Positions 18,471 to 26,382 of a DNA stretch of 64,000 nt are shown here, in pieces. Origin of the DNA: Bdellovibrionales bacterium (lineage in GTDB: Bacteria; Bdellovibrionota; Bdellovibrionia; Bdellovibrionales; JAGQZY01); NCBI GenBank assembly GCA_031429075.1, contig JANOYW010000025.1:325-64324 (forward strand). The letters are read 5' to 3'. Position 1 is the stretch's first letter, and each line of letters opens with the position of its first letter. The position numbers and the translations under genes were made by a program. Under the pieces are notes generated by a model. It was not told the origin of the DNA. It worked only from the letters and a program-made list of their open reading frames with translations, and did not search any database.

Positions 18471-18481
18471 TCACTAAACTA

Positions 18482-18880
18482 CTACTTTTTGGTATCAGAA
18501 ATCAATTTTTTATAATCAGGAGCACGCATCAAATTAGCCAGCTCCTTTTCCGAATCCATTTCGATTCTCATCAACCAACCTTCGTTCATTGGGTCGTCGT
18601 TGATTAGGCTTGGGTCGTCTGTATGGCCCGTGTTCACTTCGATCACTGTGCCCGAAACCGGAGCCAGTAAATCGCTAACAGCTTTTACGCTTTCAACCAC
18701 ACCGAACTCTTCACCTTGAGTGACTTTTGCGCCTTCTTCGGGAAGGTCCACATAAACCACTTCGCCGAGGGCATTTTGAGCATACTCAGTGATCCCTACA
18801 GTTACGATGTTTTCATCGACCTGAGCCCACTCATGATCTTTTGTATAATAATAATCTTCGGGAATATGAAACGTTGCCAC
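18482..18880 (-). CDS. gcvH: Glycine cleavage system protein H
   Basis: 132 aa. GTG start preceded by GGAGG. Lipoyl-lysine motif VESVKAVSD and the conserved segment YTKDHEWA are present. Confidence 0.9.
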   Translation of the reverse strand: MATFHIPEDYYYTKDHEWAQVDENIVTVGITEYAQNALGEVVYVDLPEEGAKVTQGEEFGVVESVKAVSDLLAPVSGTVIEVNTGHTDDPSLINDDPMNEGWLMRIEMDSEKELANLMRAPDYKKLISDTKK

Positions 18881-18882
18881 AA

Positions 18883-19965
18883 CTAACCTCCAACTTGCAC
18901 AAAAGGAGTTTTAACTACTTTTGCTTCGATCATTTTATCGCGAATTTCAACATAAACACTGGTGCCGACTGCGGAGTCCGAAGGCTCTACGTAGGCAATC
19001 GCAATGGCCTTGTTTAAAGACGGCGACAAAGTACCACTAGTTACCTCCCCGCTTTCTTTCTTGTCAAAGGAAAACACCTTATAACCATGGCGAGCAATGC
19101 CTCGTCCGACCACTTCTATACCGACCAGTTTTTTGGCTTTTTCTTTACCTGCTAAAATAATGTCTTTGCTTAAAAAATCCTTCTCCTTAGGCTTAACAAC
19201 CCAGCCCAAACCGGCCCCATAGGGGTTGGTGTCGTCGGTGATTTCCTGGCCAAAAAGCGAATACTTCATCTCTGTCCGCAGGGTGTCCCGGGCGCCCAAA
19301 CCGATGGGCATGAGCTCTCCATCGCTCTGTTTAAAAAATTCTTTCCACAGAGCTTCTGTTTGATTCCAAGGCACAAAAACTTCAGCTCCGTCTTCGCCAG
19401 TGTAACCCGTACGCGCGATGTAACACTGAGCTCCAGAAAAAGGCTTCATGGCGAAATGAAAGGGCTTCAATACTTTCACGTCGTCGCCAAAAATTTTAGC
19501 GATCAGCCCCATAGCCAGTGGACCCTGAATCGCAATTTGACCCCAATTTTTAGAAATATTTTCGATCTGTGCCCCGCGATTGTGTTTTTGCATGTGGGCA
19601 AAGTCTTTGTCCGTATTCGACGCATTCACGCACAATAAATAATTGGTGCCTGGCTCGATACAGTAAATGATCAAATCATCCACCAATCCACCCTGCTCGT
19701 TGGGAAACAAAGAGTACTGCGCTTGGCCGGGCCCAAGTTTGGCCACATGGTTTGTCGTAAGCCACTCTAAGGTTTCCAAAGCTTTGGGGCCTTTCACACT
19801 GATCTCACCCATGTGGGAAACATCAAAGGCGCCCATTTTAGAGCGAACGTGCAGATGCTCCTCTTTAAGCCCCGCGTACTGTATGGGCATTTCCCAACCG
19901 GCAAATTCAACCATTCTTGCACCGTGATCAACGTGAGCTTGGTAAAGTGGTGTTCTTTGCGCCAT
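18883..19965 (-). CDS. gcvT: Glycine cleavage system aminomethyltransferase T
   Basis: Track ORF 18883..20115. The conserved start is ATG 19965 (MAQRTPLYQAHVDHGARMVEFAGWEMPIQY), which overlaps the folD stop by 1 nt. 360 aa. Confidence 0.9.
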   Translation of the reverse strand: MAQRTPLYQAHVDHGARMVEFAGWEMPIQYAGLKEEHLHVRSKMGAFDVSHMGEISVKGPKALETLEWLTTNHVAKLGPGQAQYSLFPNEQGGLVDDLIIYCIEPGTNYLLCVNASNTDKDFAHMQKHNRGAQIENISKNWGQIAIQGPLAMGLIAKIFGDDVKVLKPFHFAMKPFSGAQCYIARTGYTGEDGAEVFVPWNQTEALWKEFFKQSDGELMPIGLGARDTLRTEMKYSLFGQEITDDTNPYGAGLGWVVKPKEKDFLSKDIILAGKEKAKKLVGIEVVGRGIARHGYKVFSFDKKESGEVTSGTLSPSLNKAIAIAYVEPSDSAVGTSVYVEIRDKMIEAKVVKTPFVQVGG

Positions 19966-20840
19966 CAGTTCACTCCTTGCGACAGTTTGTATAATTTGAA
20001 AGTGTTTTGCATCAGCATAGCGATGGTCATGGGACCCACGCCGCCTGGCACCGGCGTGCAGGCCTCGAGATGATTGATCTCGTCCCGCTTGTCGCCCCAA
20101 TTTACGTCGCCGCACAGTTTTTTAGTCTCTAGTTTGTTGTCGACTCTATGAATCCCCACATCAACAACAATGGCGCCAGCTTTGAAATAATCGCCGGTAA
20201 AAAACTGCGGTTTTCCAATGGCCGCAATCACCAAATCAGCCTGTTGTGTGAGAACTTTTAAATTTTTCGTGCGCGAATGGGCCACAGTTACAGTGGCATT
20301 GGCTTGGATGAGCAATTGCGCCATGGGCAGCCCCACAATTTGGCTGCGACCTACAACTACCGCATTTAAACCTTCGAGGTCGTATTTATAATATTTTAAA
20401 ATTTCCATCACGCCCGAGGGTGTGCACGAGGAAATGATCTGTTTGTGCTGAAACAGCAATCCCACATTTTGCAACGTTAAACAGTCCGCATCTTTCTGTG
20501 GTGCTATAAGAGCAATCACTTCGGATTCGTTAAGCTGTTTGGGCAGAGGCAACTGCACTAAAATTCCATGCACTTTGGAATCCTGATTTAGAGTGAGAAT
20601 TAATTTTTTAATTTCTGCAAAGGTCACATTCGCCGCTAGACGATGCTCAAAGCTCGCAAACCCCAACGCCTGGCAGGTCTTTACCTTGCTGCCCACATAC
20701 ACCTGACTTGCGGGGTCCTCACCCACCAGCACTACAGCAAGCCCTGGTATTGGACGCCCTGCTTGAATTTCCTTTTGCACCTCGTCGGCGATGGCTTTTT
20801 GGACATTCGCAGCAACGAGTTTTCCGTCTAAAGATTTCAT
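19965..20840 (-). CDS. folD: Bifunctional methylenetetrahydrofolate dehydrogenase/cyclohydrolase
   Basis: Track ORF 19965..21014. The conserved start is ATG 20840 (MKSLDGKLVAANV...PGLAVVLVGEDPASQVYV). GRSQIVGLPMAQLL and PVPGGVGPMT are present. 291 aa. Confidence 0.9.
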   Translation of the reverse strand: MKSLDGKLVAANVQKAIADEVQKEIQAGRPIPGLAVVLVGEDPASQVYVGSKVKTCQALGFASFEHRLAANVTFAEIKKLILTLNQDSKVHGILVQLPLPKQLNESEVIALIAPQKDADCLTLQNVGLLFQHKQIISSCTPSGVMEILKYYKYDLEGLNAVVVGRSQIVGLPMAQLLIQANATVTVAHSRTKNLKVLTQQADLVIAAIGKPQFFTGDYFKAGAIVVDVGIHRVDNKLETKKLCGDVNWGDKRDEINHLEACTPVPGGVGPMTIAMLMQNTFKLYKLSQGVN

Positions 20841-20961
20841 GCTTCCGGTATAATGGATATTCGCGCCGATGCCAATAGATGAGTCTTGACCGCACTGGCC
20901 ACTGGCTGCTAGCTTTGCCAAATAATGTGGCTCTGGCATAAATCCGATCTGGGAGACAACG

Positions 20962-21186
20962 TTGAGTACTAAAAAAGTAAAAGTGAATTCTGACGGTAAC
21001 ATCGACTTCACCATGGGCGAAGTTCCAACCTCACTTAAAAAGTTCCGTCAAAGTCCCGAGATCGAAGGCTTCTACCGCTTTATTTACGAAAACGAACTAC
21101 GCACAGAGGCTCTAGACATCATCGAAAAACTTCTCGCGGTACGTAAAGACAAAAGCAAAAAACCCAAAGCCGCCGCCAAAGCCTGA
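20962..21186 (+). CDS. Small lysine-tailed hypothetical protein
   Basis: 74-aa ORF with a TTG start (alternative ATG 21013). Divergent from folD, with C-terminal KDKSKKPKAAAKA. No family recognised. Confidence 0.35.
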   Translation: MSTKKVKVNSDGNIDFTMGEVPTSLKKFRQSPEIEGFYRFIYENELRTEALDIIEKLLAVRKDKSKKPKAAAKA

Positions 21187-21266
21187 TAGGCTCAGGAAGC
21201 CAGCGTCTCAATTCAATAGCACGGTTTTCGTAGCATCTCATTTTTGTTTATGGTATTGTAAACAAA

Positions 21267-21581
21267 ATGACCCAAGGCCCACTCACACGAAAAGACAGGC
21301 TCGCTCAAATTCTTGCAGAAGACGTTCCACGCATTGTTAAAATGGCACTCGAAGATCGCACTCCCTTCGAAATAATCGAAGCCCAGTTTGGCCTCAAACC
21401 CGACGACGTCATTATTTTTATGCGCAAGCATTTAAAACGAAATTCCTTTGTGCGCTGGCGCGAACGAGCCCACACGCAAGGGCATCTTAAAAATCCTAAG
21501 AAGTACCATCTCGAGTCCGAACGCTTCAAGTCTCCCAATCAGCGGCAAGACGGATCCATTAAGCAACGCTACCGTTTTTAA
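21267..21581 (+). CDS. TIGR03643 / DUF2805-family small protein
   Basis: 104 aa. The segment RIVKMALEDRTPFEIIEAQFGLKPDDVIIFMRKHLKRNSFVRWRER matches my recollection of this family's signature. Confidence 0.55.
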   Translation: MTQGPLTRKDRLAQILAEDVPRIVKMALEDRTPFEIIEAQFGLKPDDVIIFMRKHLKRNSFVRWRERAHTQGHLKNPKKYHLESERFKSPNQRQDGSIKQRYRF

Positions 21582-21683
21582 CCGGACGCGATTTCCGCCA
21601 TCCGAACTCTCCAATTTAGAGCCTTCCATGCTTTCTTTACTTCGGATGCTGATTTTGCAGCCAGTCTCTGGCGGAGGACACAT

Positions 21684-21959
21684 ATGAAAATTAAACTTCT
21701 AAAAAATCAAAAAGGCCAGGGCTTGATCGAATATCTAATCATCGTCGCCTTGATGGCCGTTGCTGCCATGGGCATCGTTCGTGTTTTGAGCCAAACCGTA
21801 GACGTGCAATTTGCAAAAGTGACTGCCGCTCTGCAGGGGCGAAAAGCCAATACGCAGCTACAAAATCCCGACATTCAAGCTGTAGACATTAAAAAGAAAG
21901 ACATGAGTGATTTTTTTCATGGAACAAAATCTTCGGGCAATGAACAAGAAACTGAATAA
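21684..21959 (+). CDS. flp: Flp/Fap-family type IVb prepilin (with a long charged C-terminal tail)
   Basis: 91 aa. MKIKLLKNQKGQGLIEYLIIVALMAVAAMGIV contains the G-XXXX-EY processing motif followed by the hydrophobic helix. Confidence 0.75.
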   Translation: MKIKLLKNQKGQGLIEYLIIVALMAVAAMGIVRVLSQTVDVQFAKVTAALQGRKANTQLQNPDIQAVDIKKKDMSDFFHGTKSSGNEQETE

Positions 21960-22299
21960 TCGTAACGGACAGGCACTCATCGAAACTTTCGTCTGTGTGA
22001 TTGCCTTTAAAATGTTTGTTGTCGGTTTTTTGTTTTTAACTTATCAAATCGCTCTTACAAAATGGGTGGATTTTTGGTGCTACCGAACTCTGATCTGCGT
22101 GATCGAAACACGGCAAAATCACCTTTGTCGAAAAAAGTTCGAGGAAAAGATGAATCTTCTCCTCTCCCCTCAAAACTATAGGATTCAAGAGTTATGGCTC
22201 ACGCGCAATCGAACAAAAATAAAGCTTTACATCGATGTGTTTCCGTTTGGCGAAAAAATCTACGAAAAACAAATCGAACTTCCACTTTTACCCCTTTAA
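21940..22299 (+). CDS. TadE-like / pseudopilin-like protein
   Basis: Track ORF 21907..22299. From ATG 21940 it reads MNKKLNNRNGQALIETFVCVIAFKMFVVGFLFL (G-XXXX-ET followed by a hydrophobic helix). It overlaps the flp 3' end, and the start is uncertain (21907, 21919 or 21940). Confidence 0.55.
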   Translation: MNKKLNNRNGQALIETFVCVIAFKMFVVGFLFLTYQIALTKWVDFWCYRTLICVIETRQNHLCRKKFEEKMNLLLSPQNYRIQELWLTRNRTKIKLYIDVFPFGEKIYEKQIELPLLPL

Positions 22300-23003
22300 A
22301 CCAAGAGGGTTCCGCTCTTATCGTGGGTATCTCTCTGCTGCCCCTGTTAGTCGGAGGAATGCTGGCCTCACTAGCCCTCGCCTGGTTTGTTTCAGCCAAG
22401 AACGATTTACTGTTTGAATGCGAAAACGGTGTTTTAAAAAGTCAAAAAATCTTAGTCCAGGCTGAAAACTCCCTCCTTCAGCTCAATCTACCCATAAAAA
22501 GTCTGGTCACCCAAAAAAAACTTTTACAGCGCGCGCTTCTGCTCGCAAAAACTCCTGTGGAACTTTCAATGATGAAAGCGCGCTTACTAATCATTGAATC
22601 GCAATTGGCGATGCTTCGTAAACAGCAAACGGCAGTTCACATGAACGCCGATCTACAAGCTTCGCGGTCGTTACAGGCCACAGCGCTGCGCTTAAAACAG
22701 ACTTTCCATCATTTGCAAAGTCTGTGGACAGCGCAGCTTTTCCCTTCAAGCTTTGCAAACACGGCGCTGATCCGTCTGCAAAAAATAGCCATCGATCCGT
22801 CGGCGCACATCTATGAGGCTCGCCCTGGCTTCTCTCAGCAACAAACTCTCACCGTGTTTGCAAAACTTTCTGGACCTTCGCTTTTTCCAAAGTGGATCGC
22901 TTTTTTACACGCAGAAAACTTTTCGTGGCAGGAATCTTGCTCTTCTCGACCAGTACTCAAGGAGAACCTATGGGCTGCAGAAATCGGCAAGGGCAAATTT
23001 TGA
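22194..23003 (+). CDS. TadE/TadG-like pilus assembly protein (start uncertain)
   Basis: 269-aa ORF. The segment NQEGSALIVGISLLPLLVGGMLASLALAWFV resembles a TadE-like N-terminus. The ATG 22194 start would overlap the previous gene by about 105 nt, and no clean alternative start was found. Confidence 0.45.
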   Translation: MAHAQSNKNKALHRCVSVWRKNLRKTNRTSTFTPLNQEGSALIVGISLLPLLVGGMLASLALAWFVSAKNDLLFECENGVLKSQKILVQAENSLLQLNLPIKSLVTQKKLLQRALLLAKTPVELSMMKARLLIIESQLAMLRKQQTAVHMNADLQASRSLQATALRLKQTFHHLQSLWTAQLFPSSFANTALIRLQKIAIDPSAHIYEARPGFSQQQTLTVFAKLSGPSLFPKWIAFLHAENFSWQESCSSRPVLKENLWAAEIGKGKF

Positions 23004-23119
23004 TCGAAACTTTAATGATTCTATTTTTATTTTTGACCATGATTCTAGTGTTCGAAAAGAAAATAAAGCTGCAACTTCTCAACAAACCTACAAAACGGTG
23101 GGAAAGGGTGAAGCCATGA
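22970..23119 (+). CDS. 49-aa Flp-like minor pilin candidate
   Basis: Lies inside track ORF 22892..23119. ATG 22970 is preceded by AAGGAGAA and gives MGCRNRQGQILIETLMILFLFLTMILVFEKK.... Its stop overlaps the next gene's start (ATGA at 23116-23119). Confidence 0.45.
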   Translation: MGCRNRQGQILIETLMILFLFLTMILVFEKKIKLQLLNKPTKRWERVKP

Positions 23120-23592
23120 AGTGGCAACAATTCTACAAGCAATATAAAGAATGGATTTTATTTTCGGCTTTTTTTGTGGTGGTGCTGGGGCTCTACTCCT
23201 GTATTCATTCGTCGCCGAAAAACGGAGCGCCCGTTCGTACGGAGCCTCCTGACGGAGTGGACATTCTTATTCCCGAAGGACAGTCTTTGGTTCCTATCGA
23301 AGTCACCAATTACGAGACTCTGGACTCCCTCCTCGGAACCTACGGCGTGGTGGACTTGTTTTTCGTAGACCCTACAAAGCCAGAAACTGGAAAAAAAATT
23401 GCTTCCATGGTTAAAATTTTACGCGCGCCTAAAAACCCAAGTCATTTTGCAGTTTTAGTTCCGGCTCGATTGGCCCAGCACATTTTACAATATCAAGGCC
23501 CGTTTACCGTATCCGTACAGAATCCCAAATACCAAACCGGCACGCTATTTGAAAAAAGATCCCTTAGAAAATCACGCATCGTTTATGAATAG
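23116..23592 (+). CDS. RcpC/CpaB-like pilus assembly protein lacking the SAF domain
   Basis: Track ORF 22813..23592; ATG 23116 gives 158 aa. One TM helix is present. The segments IPEGQSLVPIEVTNYETLDSLLGTYGVVDLF and KILRAPKNPSHFAVLVPARLAQHIL resemble the CpaB C-terminal domain. Confidence 0.5.
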   Translation: MKWQQFYKQYKEWILFSAFFVVVLGLYSCIHSSPKNGAPVRTEPPDGVDILIPEGQSLVPIEVTNYETLDSLLGTYGVVDLFFVDPTKPETGKKIASMVKILRAPKNPSHFAVLVPARLAQHILQYQGPFTVSVQNPKYQTGTLFEKRSLRKSRIVYE

Positions 23593-23645
23593 GCGGAGGC
23601 GAAGGTCGACCGCAAAAAGCGCGCTCGCGCAAGACTGGAGAAGCA

Positions 23646-24647
23646 ATGATAATCAATTTGTTTTTATTACTCAATGTGGTGTCCGCATCTTGGCTCGTAA
23701 AAGCGCCTTCGGCCAACCCACAAGAATTCGCAGTCTACAGCCAAAACTCCGATTACCAAAAAATTTCGGCGTATTTTGTAAGATGCGAAGAAAAAAACCA
23801 AATCTTAGAAGACTTTAAAAAAGCACAAATTCTTTTTTTGGATGGAAATTTGGATAAGTCAAAGCAGCAATTTTTAATCGTGACCGAAAAAAAATGGAGC
23901 TGTGACTGGGCAGAGAGTGAACGACAGATGGTTTTATTTTCGTTTTTGCGATTAGCGCAAATCGAACAAGAATCTGCTCGGCAAACTCAGTGGCTGACAC
24001 AAGCTGTGCAATTTGACAGCGAATGGACTCCCGACCCCTCAGTCTTTCCACCGCCACTCATTGCCCAGTTTTCCTCGGTGCGCCGGCAAACCACTGCACA
24101 AAAAATTGTGCTACCGGCTTTTTCCCAAAAATATTCAGCACTTTTACGCAACGGACGATTTATTAGTTTAGCGCAGCTATCTTTGGAGGCGAGCGCCGGC
24201 AAAGCTCGCTACACGTTTATTTCTGATACTTACCAAATCGAAACTGTCTTTATAACCCTCTTAGAGCTCGAGCAACTCACCTTGCAGCCGCAGCCTCTTG
24301 TGATGGGAGAGTGCAACGAATTTCAGCTCAGTGAAAATTTGAAATGGATAGAAAACGTGTCCGTATTTTTTAGTTTAAATTGCGTAAAATCGTCGCAGCA
24401 AACGTCGACGGCAACTCAGGTGTCCGCCCAGCTGACAGCGGCTAAAACGGGCTCTTCATTGCGGTTGCCTGCAATGCCAGAGGCACCGTCTCAGCAAAAA
24501 ACGTGGGTTCAACGAAATGGGTTGTGGTTAGGAACGGCCATTGTTGGCTCTTTGCTTTTGTCTTACCATTTGAAAAACCAGGAGCGTCCGCAAACCGTGG
24601 CTGTACCTACGACAACACTGTATCAAAAACCTGGAGGAACAGACTGA
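23646..24647 (+). CDS. Exported hypothetical protein with a C-terminal TM anchor (pilus-locus associated)
   Basis: 333 aa with GGAGA upstream and an N-terminal signal-like segment. The C-terminal helix is WLGTAIVGSLLLSYHL. No family recognised. Confidence 0.5.
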   Translation: MIINLFLLLNVVSASWLVKAPSANPQEFAVYSQNSDYQKISAYFVRCEEKNQILEDFKKAQILFLDGNLDKSKQQFLIVTEKKWSCDWAESERQMVLFSFLRLAQIEQESARQTQWLTQAVQFDSEWTPDPSVFPPPLIAQFSSVRRQTTAQKIVLPAFSQKYSALLRNGRFISLAQLSLEASAGKARYTFISDTYQIETVFITLLELEQLTLQPQPLVMGECNEFQLSENLKWIENVSVFFSLNCVKSSQQTSTATQVSAQLTAAKTGSSLRLPAMPEAPSQQKTWVQRNGLWLGTAIVGSLLLSYHLKNQERPQTVAVPTTTLYQKPGGTD

Positions 24648-26221
24648 AGGTTGAATGTCGCATTTGTCGAACCACCCATGAGCAGTGATTGAATCAAACC
24701 AAAAGAATCCATTCCCGGCGCATACTGCGTGTTTTGTTGGCCGGGTTGAAATTGTGCTCCGGCTCCCGCATTAAAGTTAAAGTTGCCACTTAAGTTGGGT
24801 AGACCGCCCGAACCTGAAAGAATCGAAGCGTTTTGTTGAGTCTCTAATTGATTGTTCCAAATTCTTTGCCGAGCGCCACCCATCATGTCGTAAAAGACGG
24901 CGTTGCGCTCTTGCCCTAGGTAATTTCCCTGTGCTCCCGAACCAGAAGGCCGCGCAGATCCTGTCCACCCGTTGCCTTGATCGTAACCGCCAGTAGAAGG
25001 GTAACCCGGAACGCCACCACTCACTCCTCCACTCAATCCACCGGGTTGATACGGTGTCATTCCAAAATTTCCACCAAGTGTCCCGCCCATGAGAAGCGGA
25101 AGTACCGAACCAAGCCCTGATCCCGAACTTCCAGAGCAACCAAAGCCTCCCGACATCATGGCCGGTAGCAGTTGCCCCATCATCCCACCTGACTGATAAG
25201 GATGACCGTAGTCAGAGCCATAAAAATTTGGTGGCTGCGATGATGGACTTCCACCATATCGGCCGGACAAAGAGTTGGGCTGCCCGATGGAGCCCACCGT
25301 TCCCGTATAACTGGGACGCTGATTTTGATACTGCTCACGCACCGATGATTGAGATTGTTGTGAAACAGCATACATTAATAAAAATGGTCCTGCCGCTTTT
25401 AAAAAACTACCCACTGCCGCACCAAAGTTTTGCCGACGCCCTTGATTGAGATTTCGAACTTGTTCATTGTAAGCTTGAATCTGACCGGACATGCGGCGCT
25501 TGGCGCGCGACAATCGATAGTATTCATTTAAGATTTGCACACACTGTTCGTAGTCGTTGGGATATTTACTAATTCGTGCATCACCGCAGATTCCAGGGTT
25601 CACTCGTCCACCACTGCGGCAGGAGGCGTTGTACCACGCGTTGGTGGCAGCAAATCCTGTTTGCAAACAAAGGCCGCCGTTTGACGGGCTTTCGTTTCGT
25701 CCCCAGCTTGGCTGACAAAAGTCGTTAGAGTAACCATTGCAAGAGGTATCGTTGCCAGAATACTGACCAGAATCTTGAGCCGGCTCCGGATAAGTTGGCT
25801 GCACAGGTGCCGGATCATCGTAATAGGGTAACGGATCAACGACTTCGGATCCTCCGCCTGTCACCGGTGTGTCTGAATAATCGACTCCCGCGGGACGGCG
25901 CTTGTTATCACCATCGGCTTGGGCTGTTCGGCGTGTGCCGTCGCAACAATCAAACCCATTATCCATGTGGGCGATCACTGCATCTGCCCAAGGTGCCTTC
26001 AGGTAATAGTTAATACTGCCGCGAGTGCGCGAAATTTCTGAGTTTATTTGTGGCATTTGGCGCTCAAGATTGCTGCGAGCCGTTCTGATCTCACGAACTT
26101 GAACGCCGAGCGAGTGCTGCTCGTCTTGCGGCTCTGTAGGAAAATTCTGCTGCGGATAAGGGCAAAACCCCAACGCCACTGCAGGAAAGAAAATTATAAG
26201 TGCGAGCCATTTACCTATCAT
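24623..26221 (-). CDS. Exported low-complexity (G/S/Q/N/P/Y-rich) hypothetical protein
   Basis: 532 aa with signal peptide MIGKWLALIIFFPAVALG. The N-terminal half contains Cys. The C-terminal ~250 aa are strongly biased (GGLSGGVSGGVPGYPSTGGYDQGNGW, NFNFNAGAGAQFQPGQQNTQ). Confidence 0.6.
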   Translation of the reverse strand: MIGKWLALIIFFPAVALGFCPYPQQNFPTEPQDEQHSLGVQVREIRTARSNLERQMPQINSEISRTRGSINYYLKAPWADAVIAHMDNGFDCCDGTRRTAQADGDNKRRPAGVDYSDTPVTGGGSEVVDPLPYYDDPAPVQPTYPEPAQDSGQYSGNDTSCNGYSNDFCQPSWGRNESPSNGGLCLQTGFAATNAWYNASCRSGGRVNPGICGDARISKYPNDYEQCVQILNEYYRLSRAKRRMSGQIQAYNEQVRNLNQGRRQNFGAAVGSFLKAAGPFLLMYAVSQQSQSSVREQYQNQRPSYTGTVGSIGQPNSLSGRYGGSPSSQPPNFYGSDYGHPYQSGGMMGQLLPAMMSGGFGCSGSSGSGLGSVLPLLMGGTLGGNFGMTPYQPGGLSGGVSGGVPGYPSTGGYDQGNGWTGSARPSGSGAQGNYLGQERNAVFYDMMGGARQRIWNNQLETQQNASILSGSGGLPNLSGNFNFNAGAGAQFQPGQQNTQYAPGMDSFGLIQSLLMGGSTNATFNLQSVPPGF

Positions 26222-26244
26222 AGTTCTCCGGCATAGTTCTCCAG
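26219..26244. repeat. 13-bp tandem duplication spanning the start codon and SD of the low-complexity gene
   Basis: Minus strand reads GGAGAACTATGcc GGAGAACTATGat. On the plus strand catagttctcc occurs at 26219-26229 and 26232-26242. Confidence 0.85.
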
Positions 26245-26382
26245 TAGGCCTATCCTACCAACCGTAATTTCGGTCTTTTCGACGAGAAACTTGAAATGGA
26301 GTGATCTAACTTGGTCACTAGCCCTAGGGCGAGGCTGGTTTGTTGCAGAGTCGTTCTCTGCGCGAAAAAATAGATTTATAAT

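Noticed and set aside
20841-20961. Looked for a glycine riboswitch upstream of folD-gcvT-gcvH.
   Set aside because: I could not find the conserved GGAGAG...ACCGAAGG(G/A)GCAA elements on the minus strand of this region. gcvT is also coupled to folD rather than having its own leader.
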